Assembly (NCBI GenBank): GCA_016207825.1
Contig: JACQZI010000027.1
Location: 66,929-130,928 of the forward strand
DNA from: Planctomycetota bacterium
Lineage (GTDB): Bacteria > Planctomycetota > MHYJ01 > JACQXL01 > JACQZI01
Reading direction: 5' to 3'
Length of the DNA stretch: 64,000 nucleotides
A program made the position numbers and the translations under genes. The notes under the pieces are model-generated. The model saw only the letters and a list, made by a program, of their open reading frames with translations. It was not told the DNA's origin and searched no databases. Each line of letters starts with the position of its first letter. The first letter of the stretch is position 1. This document shows, in pieces, positions 39,880-48,908 of the stretch.

Positions 39880-39967
39880 TTGCCACCATAATTACCTTGC
39901 TAAAACCGAAATTTATGTTATAATAATACTCTTATAAGTTAAAGTAAATATAAAAGAAAGGATAGTT

Positions 39968-40240
39968 ATGGCAGAAAAGAAAGAGGCTTGCGGATGCCAA
40001 GGAACCTGCGGCGGACTGATGACCAAGGTGGAAGCAGCGTTAAATAAAATCCGTCCGATGTTAGCTGCGGACGGCGGTAACGTGGACCTTGTTTCCGTGG
40101 ATGCGGCGAGCGGCGTGGTAAAGGTAAAGCTGGTCGGCGCCTGCGGATGCTGCCCGATGAGCCAGATGACCCTGAAAAACGGGATTGAACAGGCATTGAA
40201 AAAAGCCATTCCGGAAATCAAGAAAGTCGAATCGGTTTAA
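39968..40240 (+). CDS. NifU-like (Nfu-type) Fe-S cluster scaffold domain protein
   Basis: IRPMLAADGGNVDLVSVDAASGVVKVKLVGACGCCPMSQMTLKNGIE carries the CxxC Nfu motif. Cys-rich N-terminus. Confidence 0.8.
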   Translation: MAEKKEACGCQGTCGGLMTKVEAALNKIRPMLAADGGNVDLVSVDAASGVVKVKLVGACGCCPMSQMTLKNGIEQALKKAIPEIKKVESV

Positions 40241-40268
40241 GCCGCATTTCCTATCCAATAGAAGATAA

Positions 40269-40302
40269 GGCGTCCCGACGATTGCGTCGGGACGCCTTTT
40301 TT
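40269..40302 (+). terminator. Rho-independent terminator after nifU-like gene
   Basis: GGCGTCCCGACG-attg-CGTCGGGACGCC followed by TTTTTT. Confidence 0.75.
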
Positions 40303-40499
40303 ATTCCACCCGTCTTCGTATATTTCAGGGCTGTCATACTTAATTCCATTGTCTTTTTTTCCGCAAGGGGTGGATAAATTTCTGGGGGCTGTAGTACGCC
40401 TAACTCCATATTTACAAGGGTGTTATGAACTCTGCAGGCTGTATCTCCTTGTTTTATAAGAAATTGGGGCGATTTTCCACCTCTCTGACCACTACCCCC

Positions 40500-40815
40500 C
40501 CATCCCCACCCTCCCTATGGGGTATTTCTACGGTAGGGAGGGGCGGTCTGTATGGTGGGGATGGTTATTCCGGACGGCAGGGTAGGATGTTCTGTAGGAC
40601 GGGGTAGAATATTCTGTACGGTTGGGAGGGGTGTTCTGCACGGACGGGTAGTGCCCTCCGTACGGACGGGATGGTTATTCCGCAGGGTGGGGAGCAGTGT
40701 TCCGTACGGCAGGGAGTAATCCTCTATTGGGTGGGGATGGATGGTTTATACGGTATGGATATACCCTTCATACGGCAGGTAGGGAGCCTTTGTAGGGAGG
40801 GGCGGGGGTTTTAAA
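40500..40815. repeat. degenerate ~22-bp tandem array (about 13 units; GGG[AT]RG-N3-TNTTCTGTACGG-like), preceded by a C-rich tract
   Basis: Units such as ggtaggatgttctgtaggacgg, ggtagaatattctgtacgg, gaggggtgttctgcacggacgg, gatggttattccgcagggtgg. ggatggttattccg occurs twice. No conserved repeat/unique spacer structure. Confidence 0.6.
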
Positions 40816-40861
40816 AAGTTATAAATAGTCGATTAAACGGCATGATAGCTAATGTTTCGCT

Positions 40862-41923
40862 CTACTTCTTTTCCGTTCCTCCATTGGGATTTGCCTCGCT
40901 TGCTTTCTTTGGAATAGGCGGACCGGTTTTGATACTCTCAAAGAAAAACTCGTCTTCATTTCCATTAGCGGGTTTTATTATTAAAGTTCCATATATGTAG
41001 TTGGAACCAGAGGCACGGCCGCGCCAAGTTGACGTGTCACCATTTTTGTTCTTCTGAACGGCTTCCCATTTAGTTTCATTACGATATTTTACATTTGAAT
41101 AATCTGTCGGAGCGTATCCTTGGGATGCAAACACCTTGGAACTCATCTTAGTTTCTGTAAATGTTAGCTGGTCTTTATATGAATTTTCTGTCGTCCAATG
41201 GTGAGCCGCAACACAAACTTTAATTACCCAAACACCATCCGGATATGATTCCCGGACAGGAGGAGTAATCTTTCTCCATTTGTTTTCATTATAGCTCCCA
41301 CATTCCCACTCAGTCGCCAAAGAATATTCATCAGGCCATCGTGTTACAGGTTTTCCCCCTGTATCTTTTCTCCAAAAACCCAGATGATAACTCCCTATAA
41401 ATGTCATCTTCCCGTCTTTTCCATAGTCAGCAGGGAAGGCGCAGAATCCGAACTTGTTTAGATTTGTGTAATCTTTACCGTCGTTATCGTAATCCTGCCT
41501 GTAAGGAACCCCATTTTCATCCAGAGTTATGGCCATATAATAGTAACCTTGTTTTGGAATCGGTTTCTCTGGCGGCACCCATGAATATGCTTCTCTGAGC
41601 GGTGCAAAATCAGCCTGCGCTAATTCGATATCAATATATCCATTCCTTATCGCATAATATCCTGCTACATCCGCCGTCCAAAAGTCTAATTGACCGGTAC
41701 CGCTACTCGACGTACATCTAAAAGGTAAAACACTAGAAATAAACGCTTGGAATTGTTTCAGCACCGCGGCTTCGTTTCTCTCCAAAGCGGTTGGTGTAAA
41801 TAACAAGATTACAATTAGCGTAGTTATAATCAATAAAGACAACAGAACCCAAAGCCGTTTTCTCCTCGGCTTAGCCGAAGTCTGTTCTGCTTGTGTATTT
41901 TTTTCTGGCAGTTCAGATACCAT
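40862..41923 (-). CDS. hypothetical membrane-anchored protein (353 aa)
   Basis: N-terminal TM helix (LWVLLSLLIITTLIVILLF). No recognised domain. Confidence 0.45.
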   Translation of the reverse strand: MVSELPEKNTQAEQTSAKPRRKRLWVLLSLLIITTLIVILLFTPTALERNEAAVLKQFQAFISSVLPFRCTSSSGTGQLDFWTADVAGYYAIRNGYIDIELAQADFAPLREAYSWVPPEKPIPKQGYYYMAITLDENGVPYRQDYDNDGKDYTNLNKFGFCAFPADYGKDGKMTFIGSYHLGFWRKDTGGKPVTRWPDEYSLATEWECGSYNENKWRKITPPVRESYPDGVWVIKVCVAAHHWTTENSYKDQLTFTETKMSSKVFASQGYAPTDYSNVKYRNETKWEAVQKNKNGDTSTWRGRASGSNYIYGTLIIKPANGNEDEFFFESIKTGPPIPKKASEANPNGGTEKK

Positions 41924-41937
41924 ATTAAACTTGCTTC

Positions 41938-42462
41938 TTATTCCTCGCTTATTTCGGTAAGGATGCCGTTGGTGAAAACCACCTTAGTCGTTTGATAGGG
42001 GCTCCTTTGATAGGTCCATTCCTCGGTCGAGCCGTATTTGCTTAAGTCCGTCTTGGTGCTTACCGGCACGCCCCACGCCATCTTTACCTCAACCGGTTTC
42101 ATGGTGAGAACCAGTTTTTCATTGATGATGTTTTCCACCTTCTCGTCAATATTGCGCCGGTATATCGGGTCGCGTTCGGCAAAGAGCACCCATTCCCTGA
42201 CCGTTTCCCAGATATTGTCCGAAGGGCTGTATTTGCGGCGTTCGATTACTTTTTCGCCTTTGATAAAAACGATATTATCAATATAGTTATTAACATAGAG
42301 CCAGATTTCGTATTTGGTGTACCGGATTTTCATGGTCTCCTTAGGCCTTTCCCAGCCTTTCATAATCCGGAGCTCTTCGGTCAGCATTCCGGGACGGATT
42401 TCCTGGCAGCCGATGGCAAAGAGTAAATAAGTTGATAAGAGGATAAGAAAGAAATATTTCAT
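41938..42462 (-). CDS. hypothetical lipoprotein
   Basis: MKYFFLILLSTYLLFAIGC lipobox. 174 aa. Confidence 0.45.
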   Translation of the reverse strand: MKYFFLILLSTYLLFAIGCQEIRPGMLTEELRIMKGWERPKETMKIRYTKYEIWLYVNNYIDNIVFIKGEKVIERRKYSPSDNIWETVREWVLFAERDPIYRRNIDEKVENIINEKLVLTMKPVEVKMAWGVPVSTKTDLSKYGSTEEWTYQRSPYQTTKVVFTNGILTEISEE

Positions 42463-42687
42463 AAAATATAAATCTTTAGTAAGCGGATTAAGCCGATTCA
42501 GCCCCACTCTTCCCGCTTCGCGGGATTCGGGGACGCCCGATTAACAATTATTACTTGAATGGGCGCAGATTTTTCTATATCTATTATCAGTTCAATCCAT
42601 TTACTTTACTGATTCTATCATTCCCCCAGTAAAAGGCAACAAATTTTAATAGACAATCGATCCGAATAAAAGTAAAATGACTTCTCT

Positions 42688-43755
42688 ATGATAAAACGCC
42701 ATAAAACAAGAGCAGTCTGGATTGGCAAGGTCAAAGTCGGCGGCGGCGTCCCGGTCTCCGTCCAGTCCATGACCAAGACCAAAACCGAGGATATAAAATC
42801 CACGGTCCGCCAAATCCGCGAACTCGAGGATTTGGGATGCCAGATTATACGCCTGGCAATCCCGCGGATGAGCTCGGCGCAGGCGATTTCCAAGATAAAG
42901 AAACAAATTCATATACCGATAGAGGCGGATATACATTTTAATCCGGAACTGGCTTTGGAAGTAATAAAGCAGGGGGTGAATTCCGTCCGCCTGAATCCGG
43001 GAAATACCACAAACAAAGATGCGATAAGGGAAGTGGTGGCTCAAGCCAAGAAGCGGGAAATACCGATTCGGGTAGGGCTTAATTCCGGTTCGGTGTGGGG
43101 TTATAAGGGTAAAACGGGTAACACGATGGAGCAAAAACTGGTAGCCTGCGCGATAGAATTCAGCCGGTTCCTGGAATCGCTCAAGTTCCGTGATATCATG
43201 GTATCATTAAAGGCGTCCGATGTCGTTTCCACGATTAACGCCTATAGATTAATCGCCCAGAAAACTGATTATCCCTTACATCTTGGCGTGACCGCGGCCG
43301 GGCCGTTAAACAGTTCGATAATAAAATCCGCAATCGGAATCGGCTCGCTCCTGGCGGACGGCATCGGAGATACGATAAGGGTTTCGATAACCGGCACGCC
43401 GCATGACGAGGTGCGCATTGGCCATGAGATTTTGGAATCGCTCGGGTTAGCCAAAAGGCGTAAACCGGAAATAATCGCCTGCCCGACCTGCGGCAGATGC
43501 GAGATTGATATTGTGAAAATTGTGAAGCAAGTGGAATCACTAATCAAAAATCCGAAATCCGAAATCCGAAATCCGAAATTAAAGATTGCGATAATGGGAT
43601 GTGTGGTAAACGGTCCGGGCGAGGCCAGGGAGGCGGATATCGGAATCGCCGGAGGAAAGGATTTCGCTTTCCTCTTCAAGCATGGCAAGAGAATACGCAA
43701 AGTCCCAAGCGGAAAAATCGTCCCGGAATTTATAAAAGAAATAAAGAAATTATAA
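42688..43755 (+). CDS. ispG: 4-hydroxy-3-methylbut-2-enyl diphosphate synthase
   Basis: GcpE motifs (VQSMTKTKTED, RLNPGN, CPTCGRC, MGCVVNGPGE). Contains an internal (TCCGAAA)x4 heptamer repeat encoding KNPKSEIRNPK. Confidence 0.92.
   Translation: MIKRHKTRAVWIGKVKVGGGVPVSVQSMTKTKTEDIKSTVRQIRELEDLGCQIIRLAIPRMSSAQAISKIKKQIHIPIEADIHFNPELALEVIKQGVNSVRLNPGNTTNKDAIREVVAQAKKREIPIRVGLNSGSVWGYKGKTGNTMEQKLVACAIEFSRFLESLKFRDIMVSLKASDVVSTINAYRLIAQKTDYPLHLGVTAAGPLNSSIIKSAIGIGSLLADGIGDTIRVSITGTPHDEVRIGHEILESLGLAKRRKPEIIACPTCGRCEIDIVKIVKQVESLIKNPKSEIRNPKLKIAIMGCVVNGPGEAREADIGIAGGKDFAFLFKHGKRIRKVPSGKIVPEFIKEIKKL
43551..43578 (+). repeat. heptanucleotide tandem repeat (TCCGAAA)x4 inside ispG coding sequence
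   Basis: Seen directly: tccgaaatccgaaatccgaaatccgaaa. Confidence 0.9.
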
Positions 43756-43798
43756 CTCTTAAACTTTTAAACCCTTGAACTTTTAAACCAAGGAGCTT

Positions 43799-45772
43799 AT
43801 GTCCCAGCGCAGAATTACTGCCATACTAATTGTCATCTTCCTGCTTTTCGGCTTACTGGAGGTGAAATTGTTTTCTCTCCAAATACTTAACGGTTCGTAT
43901 TACAAGGTGGAAGCGCAGAAACGGAGCATGCGGATAGAATTGATTCCGGCATTACGCGGAAAGATTCTTGACCGTAATGGCAAAATATTAGCAGAGGATA
44001 AAACCGCTTTTGATATGTATATTGTCCCGGCGCAGATTAATAAGAAGCCGGATACGATTCCGGCGTTGGCAAAAGTGCTGGGGGTGAAGAAAGAGGATGT
44101 AGAAAAGAAGTTCAAAGATATCATAAACCAGATTAACCGTAAGGCGGAAGGCAAAACCGAACGCGAAGCCAAGAAAATCATCACGCGAGAGATGCGCGGT
44201 TCTTATAAAATCTGGGTGAATGTCAGCCTGGATACGGTGGTGGAGATAGAAGCCAATCCAACGCGCTATCCGGGAGTCTTTGTCGAGGAAAAAGTCAAGC
44301 GAGCTTATCTTTATGACGACCTGGCATGCCATATCATCGGCTATATGGGGCAGATTTCCTCAGAAGAGTACCAGTATCTGAAGAAAAAGGATTATTTCGT
44401 CCAGCACATGAACCCGATGGTGGATGATACCACCTGCCAGATACTGGAGGATAAGGGCGAGTTTATTGCCAAGCAGTTCGGCAGGTTCGGAGTGGAGAAA
44501 AGCTTTCAGGAAGAGCTTACCGGTGTAGACGGCGTGCGCACGGTGGAGATGGATTTTATCAACCGGGTGGAAAAAGAACTCAGCCGTTTCCCTCCGACCG
44601 ATGGGAAGGATATTTACCTGACGATAGATGCAGGCTTGCAGAAACAGATAGAAACGCTTCTTAAGGATAAAGTGGGCAATACCAAAGCCGGCTCAGTTAT
44701 CGTGATGGACGTTACCAACGGAGAAATCCTGGCAATGGCGAGTGCGCCCGGATTTAATCCGAATCTTTTGCAGAGCCCGGTTTCCAAGGAAACAGTCGAT
44801 TATATTTTCCACCATCCCAAACAGCCGCTTTTTAACCGGGTGATTGCCGGGCAATACGCGCCGGGCTCGCTTTTTAAGATTGTCACGGCGACGGCTGGGT
44901 TGCAGGAAAACAAGATAAGCAGTTCCACTTATTTTAATTGTGACGGGTATTATTCGAGAAGCTCCAAACACTTCAAGTGCTGGATAGCCGAGCATAACCG
45001 TGAGCACGGTTCTATGAATGTGGTAAGCGGGCTCCAGCATTCCTGCAACGTGTTTTTCTTTAATACGGGCAGGGTTACCGGAGAGGAAAACATCCTCGGC
45101 TGGGCGGCCCGTTACGGCTACGGCAAGAAGAGCGGCATTGACCTTAAAGGCGAGGTGGAAGGATTGCTCCCTTCTCCGGAACAAAAACTGCATCGATATA
45201 AGCAAAAATGGGCCGTAGCCGATACACTTAATATATCCATTGGACAGGGTGATTTAATGGTAACGCCGATACAGGTCGTGCGGATGATGGCGGCGGTTGC
45301 CAACGATGGGCTTCTTTTGACTCCGCGTATCATAAAGAATGATGTTAAATCGTTATTCCTATCCGAGCCATCCGGCGAAATAACCCAGCAGAGGGGGGAA
45401 GAGCTTAATATTTCAAACGAAGCGCTTTCTTTGATAAGGCGGGGTTTATATGAAGTGGTCCATTCACCAGGCGGAACGGCAAACGGCCTGGGATTGAATG
45501 CGTTTCCGGTTGCCGGAAAGACAAGCACCGCGGAAACAGGGACCGCGACGATAGAGCGTTTGCCGCACGCCTGGTTTACCGGTTTTGCGCCCTACGACCC
45601 TTCAGATTCCTCAGGACGAACCGGCAAGCCGCGCTTTGCCTTTGTGGTAATGATTGAACAGGGCGGAAAAGGAAGCGCGACCTCGGTGCCCATTACCGCC
45701 GGTTTTATGGAGACCGCTTTGAACGTTGTCGGAGTGGAAACTTCCTCCGAAAAAGAGAAGGATGAGGAATAG
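43799..45772 (+). CDS. mrdA: penicillin-binding protein 2 (peptidoglycan D,D-transpeptidase)
   Basis: N-terminal TM anchor, PBP dimerisation domain, and transpeptidase motifs SxxK (SLFK), SxN, KTG(T) (AGKTSTA). Followed by rodA. Confidence 0.88.
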   Translation: MSQRRITAILIVIFLLFGLLEVKLFSLQILNGSYYKVEAQKRSMRIELIPALRGKILDRNGKILAEDKTAFDMYIVPAQINKKPDTIPALAKVLGVKKEDVEKKFKDIINQINRKAEGKTEREAKKIITREMRGSYKIWVNVSLDTVVEIEANPTRYPGVFVEEKVKRAYLYDDLACHIIGYMGQISSEEYQYLKKKDYFVQHMNPMVDDTTCQILEDKGEFIAKQFGRFGVEKSFQEELTGVDGVRTVEMDFINRVEKELSRFPPTDGKDIYLTIDAGLQKQIETLLKDKVGNTKAGSVIVMDVTNGEILAMASAPGFNPNLLQSPVSKETVDYIFHHPKQPLFNRVIAGQYAPGSLFKIVTATAGLQENKISSSTYFNCDGYYSRSSKHFKCWIAEHNREHGSMNVVSGLQHSCNVFFFNTGRVTGEENILGWAARYGYGKKSGIDLKGEVEGLLPSPEQKLHRYKQKWAVADTLNISIGQGDLMVTPIQVVRMMAAVANDGLLLTPRIIKNDVKSLFLSEPSGEITQQRGEELNISNEALSLIRRGLYEVVHSPGGTANGLGLNAFPVAGKTSTAETGTATIERLPHAWFTGFAPYDPSDSSGRTGKPRFAFVVMIEQGGKGSATSVPITAGFMETALNVVGVETSSEKEKDEE

Positions 45773-45857
45773 AATACTAGATAACCGGGGGATCCCGACC
45801 GAAGTCGGGATAATCTGGTATTCTGATTCTCTGATGTTCTGATATACTGTAAAACAT

Positions 45858-46979
45858 ATGCCGCGCAGTTTAAATTCAGTCGTAATCATCCCGATGCTTC
45901 TACTTACATTAATAGGCATCATCGCCATCTGGAGCGCCGCGCCGGATGTTTCTGATAAGTTAACCGGCCTGTCCAGAATATTTGCCAATCAGGCGGTTAA
46001 GCAGATTGCTTTTACGCTCGTTGCGCTTCTAGCTTTCGGGATAATACTTCTGGTCAACTATTATAAACTGAAGGATTATACTTATGCGTTATACATCGGA
46101 CTTTTGGTTTTGATTTTATTGCTGATAGCCTGGGGCCGGGTATCGCACGGAGCCCGTCGCTGGTTCCAGCTGGGGCCTTTTGCTTTGCAGCCATCAGAAT
46201 TTATGAAAATCGTGCTGGTTCTTATGCTTGCCCGGATAATGATGCATAAGCGCAATGTCGAACGCTTCAGGGATTTATTTGTCCCTTTGATTGTTACGCT
46301 CATTCCTTTCGGACTGGTTTTTCTCCAGCCCAGTTTAGGGACGGCCCTTTTGTTTCTGCCTACATTTGTCGTGATGGTTTTTGTTTCAGGAACGCCTGCC
46401 AGGAATATTATTATTATGTTTGTCGTTATCGCAATTATTGCCCCGATAGGGTATTTCTTTGTGCTTAAGGATTACCAGCGTTACCGTTTGCTCGGATTTC
46501 TTACCCCATCAACGATACCTTCGAGCGAAGGTTTCCAGTTGATTCAATCCAAAGTGGCAGTTGGCTCGGGAAGCATCATCGGGCGCGGATGGGGAGAAGG
46601 TGATTCTTCCGGTTCACTCTTCGTTCCGGAACGGCATAATGATTTTATCTTTACCACCATAAGCGAGGAATGGGGCTTCGTCGGGAGCTCGCTGGTGATT
46701 GTTTTATACCTGATAATGTATCTGGGGGCGGTTTTTATCGCTTATAATACCAGGGAGCCTTTCGGGCGGCTTGCTATACTCGGTTTGGTCACCTATTTAA
46801 CGGCGCAGACTTTTATCAATATCGGAATGACGATAGGGTTTGCGCCGATTACGGGCTTGCCCATGCCTTTCGTCAGTTACGGAGGTTCTTCGCTTCTTTC
46901 TTCTTATATTGCCATGGGATTGATTGTCAATATCGGGGTGAACCAGCTTCCTTCATTTGCCTCAAGGGATTTTGAATAA
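45858..46979 (+). CDS. rodA: rod shape-determining protein RodA (SEDS family)
   Basis: Ten-TM FtsW/RodA/SpoVE signature (QPSEFMK, ...PFVSYGGSS). Confidence 0.9.
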   Translation: MPRSLNSVVIIPMLLLTLIGIIAIWSAAPDVSDKLTGLSRIFANQAVKQIAFTLVALLAFGIILLVNYYKLKDYTYALYIGLLVLILLLIAWGRVSHGARRWFQLGPFALQPSEFMKIVLVLMLARIMMHKRNVERFRDLFVPLIVTLIPFGLVFLQPSLGTALLFLPTFVVMVFVSGTPARNIIIMFVVIAIIAPIGYFFVLKDYQRYRLLGFLTPSTIPSSEGFQLIQSKVAVGSGSIIGRGWGEGDSSGSLFVPERHNDFIFTTISEEWGFVGSSLVIVLYLIMYLGAVFIAYNTREPFGRLAILGLVTYLTAQTFINIGMTIGFAPITGLPMPFVSYGGSSLLSSYIAMGLIVNIGVNQLPSFASRDFE

Positions 46980-46990
46980 AGCCGGGTTGG

Positions 46991-48214
46991 TTACTCGTAT
47001 CTTAAAGCTTCTATAGGATTAAGCCGGGATGCCCTCCATGCCGGGAAAAAACCGAAGAATATCCCGACTGCTGCAGAGAAAACAAAAGCCAGGACAGCCG
47101 ATTGCGCCGAAACCAGGACGGGCCAGCCGTTGGAATTAGCGATGATTTGCGCTGCAGTGCCGCCAAGGATTATCCCGAAAATGCCCCCAATTCCGGCCAG
47201 GACCATGGCTTCCACCAGGAATTGTAATAAGATATCCTTGCTGCGTGCGCCGACTGCCATGCGCAGCCCGATTTCGCGCGTCCGTTCCGTAACCGAGACG
47301 AGCATGATATTCATGATGCCGATTCCGCCGACAATCAGTGAAATAGAGGCGATTACCGCCAAAAGGAGTGTCATCAGGGTTGAAGTGCTGGTGATAGCCT
47401 CGGTTATTTCTGCCGTATCAACGATGCTGAAATCGTCGTCGGTTCCTTCTCCCAGTTTGTGGCGTTGCCGTAAAATGGATGTAATATCGGCTTTAGCAGG
47501 CTCGATTGTTTTTATCGAGGTGGCGCTGACCAGGAGCTGGTTGACGCTGTTAAAAGAACCTCTCTGTAGAAAGCGGCTGACCGATGACCAGGGGGCGATG
47601 ATTACATCATCCTGGTCCTGCCCGAAAGCGGCGCTTCCTTTCTTTTCCATCAAGCCTATTATCCTGAAAGGCATATTTCTGATGCGGATTGTTTTTCCGA
47701 CAGGCGATTCCGTATTGAATAATTCCTTGGCGACCGTCGCGCCGACAACGCATACTTTAGAAGCGGCTTTGACATCCGAATCGGTAAAAAAGGCGCCTTC
47801 TTTTACCTGCCAATTCCTTACTTCCAGATAACTCGGAGAGACGCCGCTCACGCTGACGCCCCAGTTTTTATCCTGATAAATTGCCTGGCCGCCTGCCCGG
47901 ACCATGGGAGAGACCGCTTTGACGTAAGGGCATTCATTCATAATCGCATCGGCATCCTGCGCTGTCAGCGTGGAGCGGGTGCCGGCGCCGAAGTGGAATC
48001 CTCCGGAAGAGGCGCTGCCCGGAAATATCATCAGGATGTTATCGCCCATGCTGCTGATTTGTTCTTCTATCATCACGGTGGCTCCCTGGCCGACCGCCAC
48101 CACTGCAATTACCGCGGCAATGCCGATGATGATGCCCAGCATGGTCAGGATAGAGCGGACTTTGTTCCTTATCAGCGCCCGCAGGGCGACTTTTAATGTA
48201 AGAAATAAGCTCAT
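46991..48214 (-). CDS. ABC transporter permease (MacB/FtsX-like)
   Basis: N-terminal TM, a large periplasmic domain, and a C-terminal FtsX 3-TM bundle. Confidence 0.85.
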   Translation of the reverse strand: MSLFLTLKVALRALIRNKVRSILTMLGIIIGIAAVIAVVAVGQGATVMIEEQISSMGDNILMIFPGSASSGGFHFGAGTRSTLTAQDADAIMNECPYVKAVSPMVRAGGQAIYQDKNWGVSVSGVSPSYLEVRNWQVKEGAFFTDSDVKAASKVCVVGATVAKELFNTESPVGKTIRIRNMPFRIIGLMEKKGSAAFGQDQDDVIIAPWSSVSRFLQRGSFNSVNQLLVSATSIKTIEPAKADITSILRQRHKLGEGTDDDFSIVDTAEITEAITSTSTLMTLLLAVIASISLIVGGIGIMNIMLVSVTERTREIGLRMAVGARSKDILLQFLVEAMVLAGIGGIFGIILGGTAAQIIANSNGWPVLVSAQSAVLAFVFSAAVGIFFGFFPAWRASRLNPIEALRYE

Positions 48215-48218
48215 ATTG

Positions 48219-48905
48219 TTAATTTGGGACGATTTGCCCGTCCCTTATATGTATCAGCCTTTTAGCGTATTTGGCAATATCGTGTTCGTGGGTAATAAGA
48301 ATTATCGTGATGCCTTCCTTGTTAAACTGGTTAAAGACATCCATTATTTCTTCGCTTGATTTGGTATCGAGGTTTCCTGTCGGCTCGTCAGCCAGGATAA
48401 TCGGCGGTTGGTTAATCAAGGCGCGGGCGATTGCCACCCTTTGCTGCTGCCCCCCGGAAAGCTGGCTGGGGTGATGGTATATTCTATCGCTGAGGCCTAA
48501 GCGCTTCAGCATATTTATGGCTTTCTCTTTTTTCTGTCGCCCGGAAAGGGCGTCACCATTTTCTCCCAGGCTGTAAAACAAAGGCAATTCCACATTTTCC
48601 AGGGCGGTGGTGCGCGGCAGGAGATTAAAGCTCTGGAAGACAAAGCCGATTTTCTTATTACGTATTTGAGCCAGGGCGTTGCGGTTTAAGCCGGTCACTT
48701 CTTTATCTTCCAGTAAATACTGCCCGTCGGTGGGCTGGTCCAGGAATCCGATAATATTCATAAGTGTGGTTTTCCCTGAACCGGAAGCGCCCATGACAGC
48801 GACGAATTCACCTTTATCAATATTAAGCGAAACGCCCCTTAAAGCGGGGATTTCTATCTCGCCAACCTTGTAAGTTTTAGTTATACGGTTAAGAGTAATA
48901 AGCAT
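48219..48905 (-). CDS. ABC transporter ATP-binding protein (MacB/LolD-type)
   Basis: Walker [10 protein letters not shown], signature [15 protein letters not shown], Walker [12 protein letters not shown]. Confidence 0.9.
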   Translation of the reverse strand: MLITLNRITKTYKVGEIEIPALRGVSLNIDKGEFVAVMGASGSGKTTLMNIIGFLDQPTDGQYLLEDKEVTGLNRNALAQIRNKKIGFVFQSFNLLPRTTALENVELPLFYSLGENGDALSGRQKKEKAINMLKRLGLSDRIYHHPSQLSGGQQQRVAIARALINQPPIILADEPTGNLDTKSSEEIMDVFNQFNKEGITIILITHEHDIAKYAKRLIHIRDGQIVPN

Positions 48906-48908
48906 AAT

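Noticed and set aside
40500-40815. Considered whether the tandem array is a CRISPR locus
   Set aside because: Units are degenerate rather than identical, there are no unique spacer segments of regular length, and no cas genes are nearby. It fits a minisatellite or iteron array better.
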